Positions 49,004-60,913 of a DNA stretch of 64,000 bases are shown piece after piece. The first letter of the stretch is position 1; every line of letters begins with the position of its first letter. The notes under the pieces are model-generated. The model was not told the DNA's origin, searched no databases, and worked only from the letters and a program-made list of their open reading frames with translations. The DNA comes from Puniceicoccaceae bacterium (GTDB lineage: Bacteria; Verrucomicrobiota; Verrucomicrobiia; Opitutales; Oceanipulchritudinaceae). A program made the translations under genes and the position numbers. The stretch is taken from positions 1 to 64,000 of the forward strand of contig JBFOMH010000002.1 in the NCBI GenBank assembly GCA_040830765.1, given 5' to 3'.

Positions 49004-50308
49004 CTACAGGAACTCGTTCACAAGGTTTTCCAGCATTTCCTGGCGGCCACTCGGTATCGTCGGCTCGCCGTTGCCGAGGGCATAGGCGCTCAACTCCTCC
49101 AGTGTGACTCCGCCGGCCTCCACCTTGGCCCCGATTCCACCGTCAAAACTGCTGTAGCGGTTCTTGAGAAAATCCTCCATGCGCCCGTCCTCCCGAATGG
49201 CCGCGGCGATCTTGAGGCCCCGGGCAAAGGCATCCATCCCGCCAATGTGGGCGTGGAACAGATCTTCCGGCTCGTGCGACTCCCGCCGCCGCTTGGCATC
49301 AAAATTCAGGCCGCCGGTTGTGAAACCGCCCATGCCGAGAACCACCAGCATGATCTGCGTGGTCAGGTAAATGTCCGTCGGAAACTGGTCCGTGTCCCAG
49401 CCGATGAGCTCGTCCCCGCGGTTGGCGTCGATGCTGCCCAGCGCTCCCGCGTTGGCCGCCACGGTCAGCTCGTGGAACATGGTATGCCCGGCCAGGGTGG
49501 CATGGTTGGTCTCGATGTTGAGCTTGAAATGCTCCATCAAGCCATACTCGCGGAGGAAGTTGAGACAGGCCGCGGAGTCGGAATCATACTGGTGGGTCGA
49601 GGGTTCCCGCGGCTTCGGCTCAATATAGAACGGTCCCTCGAAGCCAATCGCCTTCTTGTAGTCAACCGCCATGTGCAGCAGGGCTGCAAGGTGGTCCAGC
49701 TCGCGCTTCATGTCGGTGTTCCACAGGGTGGCATAGCCTTCACGCCCGCCCCAAAAGGTGTAGCCAAGGCCACCCAGCTTGTGGGTCGCATCCATCGCCG
49801 CCTTGATCTGGGCCGCGCCGTAGGCGAAGACATCTGCGTAGGGTGAGGTCCCCGCCCCCTGTGCATAGCGCGGATGCGAAAACAGACAGGCCGTTCCCCA
49901 GAGAAGTTTCTTGCCCGTCTCCGCCTGCTTCTCCGCCAGCTTGTCGACCACCGCTTCCAGTATCCGGTTGCTCTCCGCCAGGTTGTTCATCTCCGGCGCA
50001 ATGTCCCGGTCATGGAAACAGTAATAGTCGATTCCCGTCTTCTCCATGAATTCGAAAAAGACATCCACCCGGCGCAGGGCATTCTCCAGTGAGTCACTCC
50101 CGTCGTCCCAGGGCATCAGCGCCGTTCCCCCGCCAAAGGGATCCGACAACTCGTTCCGCATGCAGTGCCAATAGGCCGCCGCAAACCGAAGATGCTCCGC
50201 CATCGCTTTCCCTTCCACCAGCTCTTCCGCATTGTAATGCTTGAAGGCCAGCGGGTTCTTGCTCCCCGGTCCTTCATACCGGATCTTCTCCACGTTGAAA
50301 TATTCCAT
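49004..50308 (-). CDS. xylA: Xylose isomerase (class II)
   Basis: [39 protein letters not shown]. Confidence 0.97.
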   Translation of the reverse strand: MEYFNVEKIRYEGPGSKNPLAFKHYNAEELVEGKAMAEHLRFAAAYWHCMRNELSDPFGGGTALMPWDDGSDSLENALRRVDVFFEFMEKTGIDYYCFHDRDIAPEMNNLAESNRILEAVVDKLAEKQAETGKKLLWGTACLFSHPRYAQGAGTSPYADVFAYGAAQIKAAMDATHKLGGLGYTFWGGREGYATLWNTDMKRELDHLAALLHMAVDYKKAIGFEGPFYIEPKPREPSTHQYDSDSAACLNFLREYGLMEHFKLNIETNHATLAGHTMFHELTVAANAGALGSIDANRGDELIGWDTDQFPTDIYLTTQIMLVVLGMGGFTTGGLNFDAKRRRESHEPEDLFHAHIGGMDAFARGLKIAAAIREDGRMEDFLKNRYSSFDGGIGAKVEAGGVTLEELSAYALGNGEPTIPSGRQEMLENLVNEFL

Positions 50309-50350
50309 GAAGAAACTCTCCCCGCCCGCCCCTTCCCTTGTCAAGATAAA

Positions 50351-50369
50351 TGCACAGTTGTGCACAGTT
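50351..50369. promoter_or_regulatory. Candidate xylAB operator
   Basis: TGCACAGTT repeated at 10-bp spacing, containing palindrome TGCACA-GT-TGTGCA, just upstream of TTGACA (50339-50344, minus). Confidence 0.5.
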
Positions 50370-50436
50370 TATTGGGTGGGATTCGGCCTTTCAGGGAGTT
50401 GCAATCCTTGGGTGAATGCTCCACATTTGCTTTATC

Positions 50437-50667
50437 ATGCCACTTTACGAATACACCTGTGAGAGCTGCCAGAAGCGCTCGGAGATCTTGGTCATGGGGG
50501 AGAAAAAACCGGTCTGTCCGGAATGCGGGAGCGAGGAATTGCACAAGGAGTTCTCCACCTTTGCGACCCAGTCGGAAGGCGCCTCGATGGCCAGTGCACC
50601 GACCCACACCCACTCGCCGGGATGCGGGTGCTGCGGAGGCGCACCGGGCAGTTGCGGACTCAACTAA
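50437..50667 (+). CDS. FmdB-family zinc-ribbon protein with His/Cys-rich tail
   Basis: MPLYEYTCESC, CPECGS; tail HTHSPGCGCCGG. Confidence 0.88.
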   Translation: MPLYEYTCESCQKRSEILVMGEKKPVCPECGSEELHKEFSTFATQSEGASMASAPTHTHSPGCGCCGGAPGSCGLN

Positions 50668-50671
50668 GCCA

Positions 50672-51547
50672 ATGTGGAGGCACTTTCTAACGCACTCAGC
50701 GGTCACGGGACTGCTGATTGTCCTGATTTTCTCAGCCGGCTGTCGGGGTCCACGGGCTGAAGAACCAGCGTCCGAGGAGCAGGTCTCGCTTTCCCTCCTC
50801 GAACAGCGCTTGCTACGGGTGATTGAACTCGAGGACCAGTTGGAGGAAATCGCTTCCCAGCCGGATGCCGAATACGGGGAGGTCCAGCGCCGGTTCCAGG
50901 AGGTAGCGGCGGAATACCACGGCATCATCGTCCGCAATCCGGATGATCTCAATGCCCGCCTGCTCTATGCCAAACTCCTTTCCCGCTACGGGGACCGTGA
51001 AACGGCCTGGGAGCAGTTCATCACTGCCGCTAAACTCGCCGAGAACGAGGACCGCCAAATCGCGGTCATCCATCAGGAACTGAGCACTTACTATGCCGAG
51101 GAAGGGGACCACACCCGGGCCATCGCCTATGCCCTCAATGCCATCGACATTGAGCCCGAAACCGCCGCCTATCACTTTGGCCTCGGCCAGGTCCTCGCCG
51201 CCTTCAAGCCCGAGTTCATGGCCGATGGCATCTATTCCTCCGCCCGCATCGATGAAATGATGCTCAAGGCCTTCGCCACCGCCAAGGACCTCCAGCCCGA
51301 TGATCCCGACCTCCAGTTCCGCTACGGAGAAGCCTTCTACGATGTCGAGGATCCAGACTGGGAAAGCGCCCTCGCCCACTGGGAACAGCTCGCCTCCTTC
51401 CCCGGCCTCTCCCCCTTCCAGCAGGACGCCATCCTCCTTCACCGGGCCCGCTGCCTCGCCGGCCTCGGCCGCTCCGACGAAGCCCGCCAGCTCGCCAACT
51501 CTGTCCAGTCACCCGAGCTTCAGGAATCCGTCAAAGCCCTCTTTTGA
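50672..51547 (+). CDS. TPR-like helical lipoprotein
   Basis: Lipobox SAGC; TPR-like helices; start ATG 50672. Confidence 0.72.
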   Translation: MWRHFLTHSAVTGLLIVLIFSAGCRGPRAEEPASEEQVSLSLLEQRLLRVIELEDQLEEIASQPDAEYGEVQRRFQEVAAEYHGIIVRNPDDLNARLLYAKLLSRYGDRETAWEQFITAAKLAENEDRQIAVIHQELSTYYAEEGDHTRAIAYALNAIDIEPETAAYHFGLGQVLAAFKPEFMADGIYSSARIDEMMLKAFATAKDLQPDDPDLQFRYGEAFYDVEDPDWESALAHWEQLASFPGLSPFQQDAILLHRARCLAGLGRSDEARQLANSVQSPELQESVKALF

Positions 51548-51591
51548 CCGCTTATCCCTTTTTCCCGAAAAATCCCCATTCCCTTGTTGAA

Positions 51592-51610
51592 AATTGGAAT
51601 TATTCTAATT
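51592..51610. promoter_or_regulatory. Irr (ICE)/PerR-like operator
   Basis: 9-1-9 palindrome AATTGGAAT-T-ATTCTAATT with one mismatch, 14 nt before the regulator ATG. Confidence 0.7.
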
Positions 51611-51624
51611 TAGTAACAGGGACA

Positions 51625-52062
51625 ATGGTCAAAAGCCTGCCAGTCGAAGCCAAGGAGGCATTGGATAAAGCGTTGATAGAGCATGGTTTGCGCTCAACAA
51701 GGCAGCGCGAGCATGTATTTTCGGTACTTTTGCACAAGCGGGACCATCCGACAGCAGACGAAGTTTACGCCCGATCCCGCCGGGAAATGGACTCCATCTC
51801 TCTGGCGACCGTCTACAACTGTCTGGAAACCCTGGTTGGCTGCGGCCTGGTGCGGGCGGTGAACTACGAGCGGGAGCCGACCCGCTATTGTCCCAACCTG
51901 CATGAACACGCCCATTTCCAGGATCGCCAGACGGGCCGGGTCTATGACGTAGACCTGCCACCTGACCTGATGAAGAAGCTGCGGGCGGTCCTCCCCGACG
52001 GCTACCATGCGGAAAGCATCGAACTCTATTTTCACGGAAAGGCGGAAGCGGAGAACAGCTGA
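51625..52062 (+). CDS. Fur-family regulator, Irr/PerR-like
   Basis: [29 protein letters not shown]; no CxxC. Confidence 0.88.
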   Translation: MVKSLPVEAKEALDKALIEHGLRSTRQREHVFSVLLHKRDHPTADEVYARSRREMDSISLATVYNCLETLVGCGLVRAVNYEREPTRYCPNLHEHAHFQDRQTGRVYDVDLPPDLMKKLRAVLPDGYHAESIELYFHGKAEAENS

Positions 52063-52101
52063 AGCCGACAATTTAAACTCAACAGCAAAGCAGAAAACAA
52101 G

Positions 52102-52866
52102 ATGAGCACACTGGAAATCAAGAACCTGAATGTCAGCATCAGCGACAACCACATCCTGAAGGATTTTTCCCTGACGGTTCCCCGCGGGGAAGTGCACGCG
52201 ATCATGGGACCGAACGGCACCGGCAAGAGCACCTTGGCCAAGGCACTGGCAGGTCATGAGGATTATGAAATCATGAGCGGTGAGGTTCTGCTCGACGGCG
52301 AAGCCATCGTCGGCATGGAACCGGACGAAATTTCCCGTGAGGGACTCTTCATGGCCTTCCAATACCCGAGCGAAATTCCCGGGGTAAGCATCGCCAACTT
52401 CATCCGGGCTGCCCTCACCGCCCGTCTCGAGGAAGGGGAAAGCTTCAAGGCCCCCGCTTTCTACAAGGAACTCTACGAAAAGATGGACCTTTTGAAGATC
52501 GACCGCTCCTTTACCAGCCGTTCGGTCAACGAGGGCTTTTCCGGTGGGGAAAAGAAGCGTTGTGAAATTCTCCAGATGGCCATGCTGCAGCCAAAGTACG
52601 CCGTCCTTGACGAGACCGACAGCGGACTCGACATCGACGCCCTGAAGATTGTTGCCGACGGGGTTAACAAGATGCGCGGTCCCGACCTCGGGGTTCTCCT
52701 CATCACCCACTACCAGCGCCTGCTGAACTACATCGTTCCGGACAAGGTGCACGTCATGTTTGATGGCCGCATCGTCCGCAGTGGCGGCCCGGAACTGGCT
52801 GAGAAGCTGGAAGCGGAAGGCTACGACTGGGTCAAGGACGAGATCGCCGCCCCGGCAGGGGCCTGA
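52102..52866 (+). CDS. sufC: Fe-S assembly ATPase SufC
   Basis: [31 protein letters not shown]. Confidence 0.96.
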   Translation: MSTLEIKNLNVSISDNHILKDFSLTVPRGEVHAIMGPNGTGKSTLAKALAGHEDYEIMSGEVLLDGEAIVGMEPDEISREGLFMAFQYPSEIPGVSIANFIRAALTARLEEGESFKAPAFYKELYEKMDLLKIDRSFTSRSVNEGFSGGEKKRCEILQMAMLQPKYAVLDETDSGLDIDALKIVADGVNKMRGPDLGVLLITHYQRLLNYIVPDKVHVMFDGRIVRSGGPELAEKLEAEGYDWVKDEIAAPAGA

Positions 52867-52890
52867 GGGCGTGAAAGTCAGGCTTGGCGG

Positions 52891-52940
52891 TTAGGATTAA
52901 GATAAAGATTAAGGCTAAGATTAAGATTTAGATTAAGATT
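52891..52940. repeat. Hexamer array (AAGATT/AAGGCT orientation)
   Basis: ttaggattaagataaagattaaggctaagattaagatttagattaagatt. Confidence 0.85.
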
Positions 52941-52948
52941 GGGAGATC

Positions 52949-54355
52949 ATGAGTACTACACCGGATATTAATATCGAAAGGGATGTCGGGAATTTCCACT
53001 ACGAGACCGAATACGAATTTGATGCGGGCATCGGCCTGACTGAGAAGACCATCGATTACATCGCCGATGTGAAGGGTGAGGACGACTGGGTGCGGGAATT
53101 CCGCAAAAAGGCGCTGAAGACCTTCCAGGACAAGCCGCTCCCGACGCACTGGGCCTCCAAGGACTTGGAGAACATCGATTACGACAAGATCCGCTACTAC
53201 CTCTCCAAAGGCCAACGCCCTTCGCGGACCTGGGACGAGGTGCCGGACGAGGTCAAGGAGACCTTTGAGCGCCTGGGCATCCCGGAAAAGGAACGGGCAT
53301 TCCTTGCCGGTGTGGAAGCGCAATTCGATTCCGAAGCCTCCTACTCCAACATGAAGGAGGAACTGGCCAAGGAAGGGGTCATCTTTGTCGGCTCGACGGA
53401 GGGTTTGAAGGAGCATCCGGAAATCTTCCGCAAGTTCTTCGGCAAGGTCATCCCCATCGGGGACAACAAGTTCAGTGCCCTCAACAGCGCAGTTTTTTCC
53501 GGCGGTTCCTTCATCTATGTCCCACCTGGGGTGAAGGTGAAGCAACCCCTGCAGGCCTATTTCCGGATCAATGCGGAGAACTTTGGTCAGTTTGAGCGGA
53601 CCCTCATCATTGCCGACGAAGGAGCCGAAGTGACCTACATGGAAGGTTGTACCGCCCCGCAGTTTGAAACCTCTACCCTCCACTCCGCCGTCGTCGAACT
53701 GGTGGCCCTTAAGGGTGCCAAGATCCAGTACATCACCGTGCAGAACTGGTCCGCCAATGTCTTCAACCTGGTCACCAAGCGTGGCATGGCCATGGACGAT
53801 GCGGAAATCAAGTGGATCGACTGTAACATCGGCAGTCGCCTGACGATGAAGTACCCGGGCGTCATCATGCGCGGTCCCGGGGCCCGCGGGGAAGTCCTCT
53901 CCATCGCCCTCGCCCACGATGGCCAGCACCAAGACACGGGGGCCAAGATGATTCACGCCGCCGACAACACGACCTCAAATATCATTTCCAAGTCCATCTC
54001 CATTGGACACGGCCGCTCCACCTACCGTGGCGTAGTGAGTATTCCGCGACAATTGAAGGGCTGCAAGAATAACACCGAGTGTGACGCCCTCCTCATCAAC
54101 ACCAACTCGCGGACCGACACCTACCCGGCCATTACGGTCCGGGGCAACCAAAGCACGGTCCAGCACGAGGCCAGCGTCTCCAAGGTCAGCGCGGAGCAGA
54201 TTTTCTACATGATGCAACGCGGTCTGCCGGAAGACGAGGCCATGAGCCTTGCCGTCAACGGCTTTGTCAACGACCTCATCCGGGAATTCCCCATGGAATA
54301 CTCGGTGGAGTTGAAGCGCCTCATCGACCTGGAGATGGAAGGCTCCGTGGGCTGA
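52949..54355 (+). CDS. sufB: Fe-S assembly protein SufB
   Basis: [39 protein letters not shown]. Confidence 0.96.
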   Translation: MSTTPDINIERDVGNFHYETEYEFDAGIGLTEKTIDYIADVKGEDDWVREFRKKALKTFQDKPLPTHWASKDLENIDYDKIRYYLSKGQRPSRTWDEVPDEVKETFERLGIPEKERAFLAGVEAQFDSEASYSNMKEELAKEGVIFVGSTEGLKEHPEIFRKFFGKVIPIGDNKFSALNSAVFSGGSFIYVPPGVKVKQPLQAYFRINAENFGQFERTLIIADEGAEVTYMEGCTAPQFETSTLHSAVVELVALKGAKIQYITVQNWSANVFNLVTKRGMAMDDAEIKWIDCNIGSRLTMKYPGVIMRGPGARGEVLSIALAHDGQHQDTGAKMIHAADNTTSNIISKSISIGHGRSTYRGVVSIPRQLKGCKNNTECDALLINTNSRTDTYPAITVRGNQSTVQHEASVSKVSAEQIFYMMQRGLPEDEAMSLAVNGFVNDLIREFPMEYSVELKRLIDLEMEGSVG

Positions 54356-54381
54356 CGGCAACCCTCAGCTGCCAATACATC

Positions 54382-55737
54382 GTGGAAAACAAACCGAAAA
54401 AAGAAGACATGTCTGAGACACTCGAAATACCGACCCTTTCCCTTGGAGACCCCCAGACCTTCACCCGGCACCAGGAGCTGACCAGCCTCGGCGTGGACTG
54501 GTTTGCGGAGCAACAGGCCGACGCCTGGAAGCGTTATCAGGAGCTTCCCCTCCCCGTCCGGACCGATGAAAAGTGGCGCTTTGCCAACTTGCAGCGCTTG
54601 AAGGAACTGGATCAGTACCAGCCTGCCGCCATCGGGGACGCGGATACCGCCATTATCGCTGAGCAATCCCACCGCCTCGAAAACGTGGCTGGTCGGATTA
54701 TCCTTGCGGATGACACCCTGGCCGCACCCATCGAGCTGGCAGAAGGACTAGCCGAGAAAGGGATTATCTTCACCACCCTGCCGGACGCCATCGTCAAGCA
54801 CTCGGACCTGGTCAAGGAGTACTTCATGCAGCAGACGCCCGAACTGGGCTCGGAAAAGCTGGAAGCCCTGCATGTCGCCCTTCTGCGTAATGGCGTTTTC
54901 CTCTACATCCCGGACAACGTGGAAGTCGAGGACCCGTTCGTGGTCTACAATTGGGCCGTGGCCGACAAGGGCGCCCTCTTCCCCCACACGCTCTTTGTTG
55001 CAGGCAATCACTCCAAGGCGAGCCTGATTGAGTTTCAGGAAGGAACGGGTAAGGATACCTCCCACCTTGTTGTGGCCAATGCCCACCTGTTTGCCGGCAA
55101 CGGGTCGAAACCCAACCACACCATTGTCCAGAACTGGAACCTGAATACCCTCAGCTTCCAGCTCAATACCAACAACGCCCAAAGTGACACGGTCTCCAAG
55201 AGCACACTCATCAATGTTGGTTCGGTACAGGCCCGCCAGGAAGTGCATGGGAAGATTTTCGGCAGCGGTAGTAATGTGGAAATGTACGCCCTTAATGTTC
55301 CGACCGGCGCCCAGGAATTTGACCAGCGCACCCTGCAGACGCACATTGCGCCGCACAGCCGCAGTGACCTCCTTTTCAAGAATGCCCTTGTGGACAAGTC
55401 CCGGACCATCTTTTCCGGACTGATCATCGTCGAGGACGATGCCCAGCAGACCGATGCCTACCAGACCAACAACAACCTCATGTTGAGCGAGGAGTGCGAG
55501 GCCAATTCCCTCCCGGGTCTGGAAATCAAGGCCAACGACGTCAAGTGTTCGCACGGGGCCACCACCGGACGCATCGTCGATTCGGAACTGTTCTATTTCC
55601 TTGCCCGGGGCATCCCCCGCAAGAAGGCCCAGGAACTGATGGTCTTCGGCTATTTCGAGGAAATTGTCGGTAAGCTGGAGAACAGCGAGCTGGCCGGCTA
55701 CGTGCGCGAACTGGTGCAGCACAAGTTTACCGACTAA
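54382..55737 (+). CDS. sufD: Fe-S assembly protein SufD
   Basis: EKWRF, TDAYQ, PGLEIKANDVKCSHGAT; start may be ATG 54409. Confidence 0.94.
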   Translation: MENKPKKEDMSETLEIPTLSLGDPQTFTRHQELTSLGVDWFAEQQADAWKRYQELPLPVRTDEKWRFANLQRLKELDQYQPAAIGDADTAIIAEQSHRLENVAGRIILADDTLAAPIELAEGLAEKGIIFTTLPDAIVKHSDLVKEYFMQQTPELGSEKLEALHVALLRNGVFLYIPDNVEVEDPFVVYNWAVADKGALFPHTLFVAGNHSKASLIEFQEGTGKDTSHLVVANAHLFAGNGSKPNHTIVQNWNLNTLSFQLNTNNAQSDTVSKSTLINVGSVQARQEVHGKIFGSGSNVEMYALNVPTGAQEFDQRTLQTHIAPHSRSDLLFKNALVDKSRTIFSGLIIVEDDAQQTDAYQTNNNLMLSEECEANSLPGLEIKANDVKCSHGATTGRIVDSELFYFLARGIPRKKAQELMVFGYFEEIVGKLENSELAGYVRELVQHKFTD

Positions 55738-55764
55738 AAACCCCCCATTACCAACAGCTCTAAA

Positions 55765-56313
55765 ATGGACTCAGAACGCACAGTCAGTCGTGACATTACC
55801 GCTACAATTGTCCCTTATGGGGACGCGGTGACCATTCCCGCAGGGACGCGGGTCAGCATCACCCATCGCCTCGGTGGTAACTTTACCGTCACTTGGGAAG
55901 GCGGCATGGCACAGATCAACGGCAGCCAAGCCGATGCCATCGGCGAGGAAATTCCAACCGTGGAAACGGAAGCCGGGGCCGAGGCCCACGCCGGCCCGCC
56001 CAGCGAAGACAAGGTCTGGGCAGCCCTGAAGAAGGTTTATGATCCGGAAATCCCGGTCAACATTGTCGACCTTGGACTGATCTACAGCATGGAGGTCATC
56101 CAGGAGCCCGACTCCGGCGACTACCACGTCAAGGTGGACATGACCCTGACCGCTCCAGGCTGTGGCATGGGGCCGGTCATTGCCCAGGACGCGAAGTACA
56201 AGGTGGAGCAGGTGGCAGGCGTTACCCAGGCCCATGTCGACATTGTCTGGGATCCGCCGTGGCATCAGGACATGATCTCCGAAGAGGGGAAAATGGAACT
56301 GGGTCTCCTCTAA
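55765..56313 (+). CDS. sufT: Long-form SufT (DUF59/PaaD-like)
   Basis: LGGNFTV N-terminal domain; DPEIPVNIVDLGLIY, TLTAPGCGMG, WDPPW. Confidence 0.92.
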   Translation: MDSERTVSRDITATIVPYGDAVTIPAGTRVSITHRLGGNFTVTWEGGMAQINGSQADAIGEEIPTVETEAGAEAHAGPPSEDKVWAALKKVYDPEIPVNIVDLGLIYSMEVIQEPDSGDYHVKVDMTLTAPGCGMGPVIAQDAKYKVEQVAGVTQAHVDIVWDPPWHQDMISEEGKMELGLL

Positions 56314-56315
56314 CT

Positions 56316-56405
56316 ATCTTAATCTTAGCCTTAATCTTAATCTTAGCCTTAGCCTTAGCCTTTCGCGACGAGATTAAGATTAAGATTAAGGCTAAGATTA
56401 AGATT
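56316..56405. repeat. Inverted hexamer array forming a long hairpin
   Basis: (AATCTT/AGCCTT)n-tcgcgacg-(AAGATT/AAGGCT)n. Confidence 0.88.
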
Positions 56406-56407
56406 AT

Positions 56408-56448
56408 AAAAAAAAGGCCCTTCTGCCTTGGTAGGACAGAAGGACCCT
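56408..56448 (-). terminator. Intrinsic terminator of ppdK
   Basis: CCTTCTG/CAGAAGG stem with an 8-U tail on the minus strand. Confidence 0.7.
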
Positions 56449-56482
56449 GAAAGTTGCGGGAAAAGAATTTCCGCTACTCGCC

Positions 56483-59245
<2,763 letters not shown>

Positions 59246-59356
59246 GCTTGATACTTGATTCGAGTTGTATAGTGATGATGACCACAGAGGGTCAGCGGTA
59301 AGAAAAACTGGCGAAATTAGACCGAATGCCCTCTGTGTCAATGAGTAACGTCCCCA

Positions 59357-60193
59357 ATGTCCAACGACCCATCCAGTGAACAGCCCGAATACGACCTGCC
59401 CACGGTCGATTCCATTGATGACCTGCCCGAACCAGAGGAAGAAGCAGGCCAGATGAGCTTTCTTGATCACCTTGAGGAACTGCGCTGGACGCTCTTCAAG
59501 AGCTTCATTTCCTTCGGGCTGGCCTGTATCCTCATCGGGGTCTTCATTGCCCAGTTTTCGGACATCCTTCGCTGGCCCTTTGATTTTGCCGTCAGTGGAC
59601 GGGAAATCGAGATGTCAGGCCTCATCAATACCTCCATCCTGGGGGTCTTCTCGGTCATCTTTTATCTCCTCCTTGGCGGCGGGCTGGCCCTGTCGCTTCC
59701 CTTCATCCTATATTTCGTGGGCAGTTTTGTCGCTCCCGGGCTTAATGAGCGGGAACTCCGGTTGCTCCGGCCTGCCTGTACGGCGGCCTTCGTCCTCTTT
59801 CTCGCGGGTGCCGCCTTCAGTTTCTTCGTCCTCGTCCCGGCGGCCATGCGGGCTTCCATCATCTTCAACGAGATGCTCGGATTTGCCCCACTGTGGACGG
59901 CTTCCAGTTACTACGGCCTGCTCACCTGGATGGTCCTGGGGGTCGGGATTGCCTTCCAGTTTCCCCTCGTGCTGCTGATCCTGGTCTACCTGGAGATCAT
60001 CAGCCGTGCCCAGCTGGTCGGCTTCCGCCGCTACTCCATCGTCATCTTCCTCTGCATCGGGGCACTCGTCACCCCGACAACGGACCCGGTGACCTTCATC
60101 CTTCTCGCCTTCCCGATGTCGCTCCTCTACGAGCTGGCTATCTTCGGGGCCAAGCGGATCGAGGGAAGAATCCGGCAAGAGGAGGAGGACTGA
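59357..60193 (+). CDS. tatC: Twin-arginine translocase subunit TatC
   Basis: [30 protein letters not shown]. Confidence 0.94.
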   Translation: MSNDPSSEQPEYDLPTVDSIDDLPEPEEEAGQMSFLDHLEELRWTLFKSFISFGLACILIGVFIAQFSDILRWPFDFAVSGREIEMSGLINTSILGVFSVIFYLLLGGGLALSLPFILYFVGSFVAPGLNERELRLLRPACTAAFVLFLAGAAFSFFVLVPAAMRASIIFNEMLGFAPLWTASSYYGLLTWMVLGVGIAFQFPLVLLILVYLEIISRAQLVGFRRYSIVIFLCIGALVTPTTDPVTFILLAFPMSLLYELAIFGAKRIEGRIRQEEED

Positions 60194-60195
60194 AT

Positions 60196-60229
60196 AAAAA
60201 AGCGGCGCCATCCCGAAGGATGACGCCGC
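60196..60229 (-). terminator. Intrinsic terminator with cUUCGg loop
   Basis: GCGGCGUCAUCC-UUCG-GGAUGGCGCCGC-UUUUUU on the minus strand. Confidence 0.85.
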
Positions 60230-60252
60230 AAAAGGGTGCAAAATCCCTTGTG

Positions 60253-60414
60253 CTACTTTTTGGTCACGACAATCAAGGCGTGGATGATCGCCGGCAACCA
60301 GAGGAGGAAGCAAAGCACAATGTTGATGATCAACGACTTGTTAGCCCCGTCCTTGAGGTAGACTGCCAGCGGCGGCAAGATAATCGCGAGAATAATAAGC
60401 AGTACTGGATTCAT
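60253..60414 (-). CDS. yqaE: YqaE/Pmp3 family small membrane protein (53 aa; not in ORF track)
   Basis: Read by hand: MNPVLLIILAIILPPLAVYLKDGANKSLIINIVLCFLLWLPAIIHALIVVTKK. Confidence 0.9.
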   Translation of the reverse strand: MNPVLLIILAIILPPLAVYLKDGANKSLIINIVLCFLLWLPAIIHALIVVTKK

Positions 60415-60443
60415 TATGGTTCCCTTGGTTGAGGTTAGTTCAT

Positions 60444-60803
60444 TTAGTCCGTAATGGACGCGCCCTGTTCCTTCAGGGCATCGAGATAAACAGCCAGTCG
60501 CTCCTTGAGGGCATTCATGTCCTCGGTCAGGGCGGCAATGTCCGCCTTGAGGGCAGTGGCTTCGTCGCCCATCTGTTCCATGAGCGGAATTTCCTTCAAT
60601 TGAGCCGTGATGGGCTCGATTTCCGCCATCTTGGCCTCAATGGCTTTTTGGTACTCAGCCGCCTTGGCTTTCAGGTCATCGACGGAGAGGGTACTGGCTT
60701 CCTGCTCGAGGTCCGCCACCGGTGTCTCGGTGTCGACGCCCTTGCTGCAGCCGGCCAAAATAACCATTCCGGCCAGTAGAATGATAGAGAATAATTTCAT
60801 CAC
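60444..60803 (-). CDS. Hypothetical coiled-coil lipoprotein
   Basis: Lipobox LAGC; amphipathic helical body. Confidence 0.8.
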   Translation of the reverse strand: MMKLFSIILLAGMVILAGCSKGVDTETPVADLEQEASTLSVDDLKAKAAEYQKAIEAKMAEIEPITAQLKEIPLMEQMGDEATALKADIAALTEDMNALKERLAVYLDALKEQGASITD

Positions 60804-60913
60804 TTTCCTTGGTTAAGGTATTATATAGGGGAAAATACCTAAGGAATAATCCAAAGGAAAGCAACTGATTTCGGACTTGGGCCGGGTACGGGCCTTTGCA
60901 GGTATCTGGGGGC

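Noticed and set aside
52891..52940. Hexamer arrays as CRISPR
   Set aside because: No unique spacers, unit only 6 nt, no cas genes.
56259..56450. 63-aa ORF with ILALILILALALA and IKIKIKAKIK
   Set aside because: Translation of the hexamer repeat, overlapping the end of sufT.
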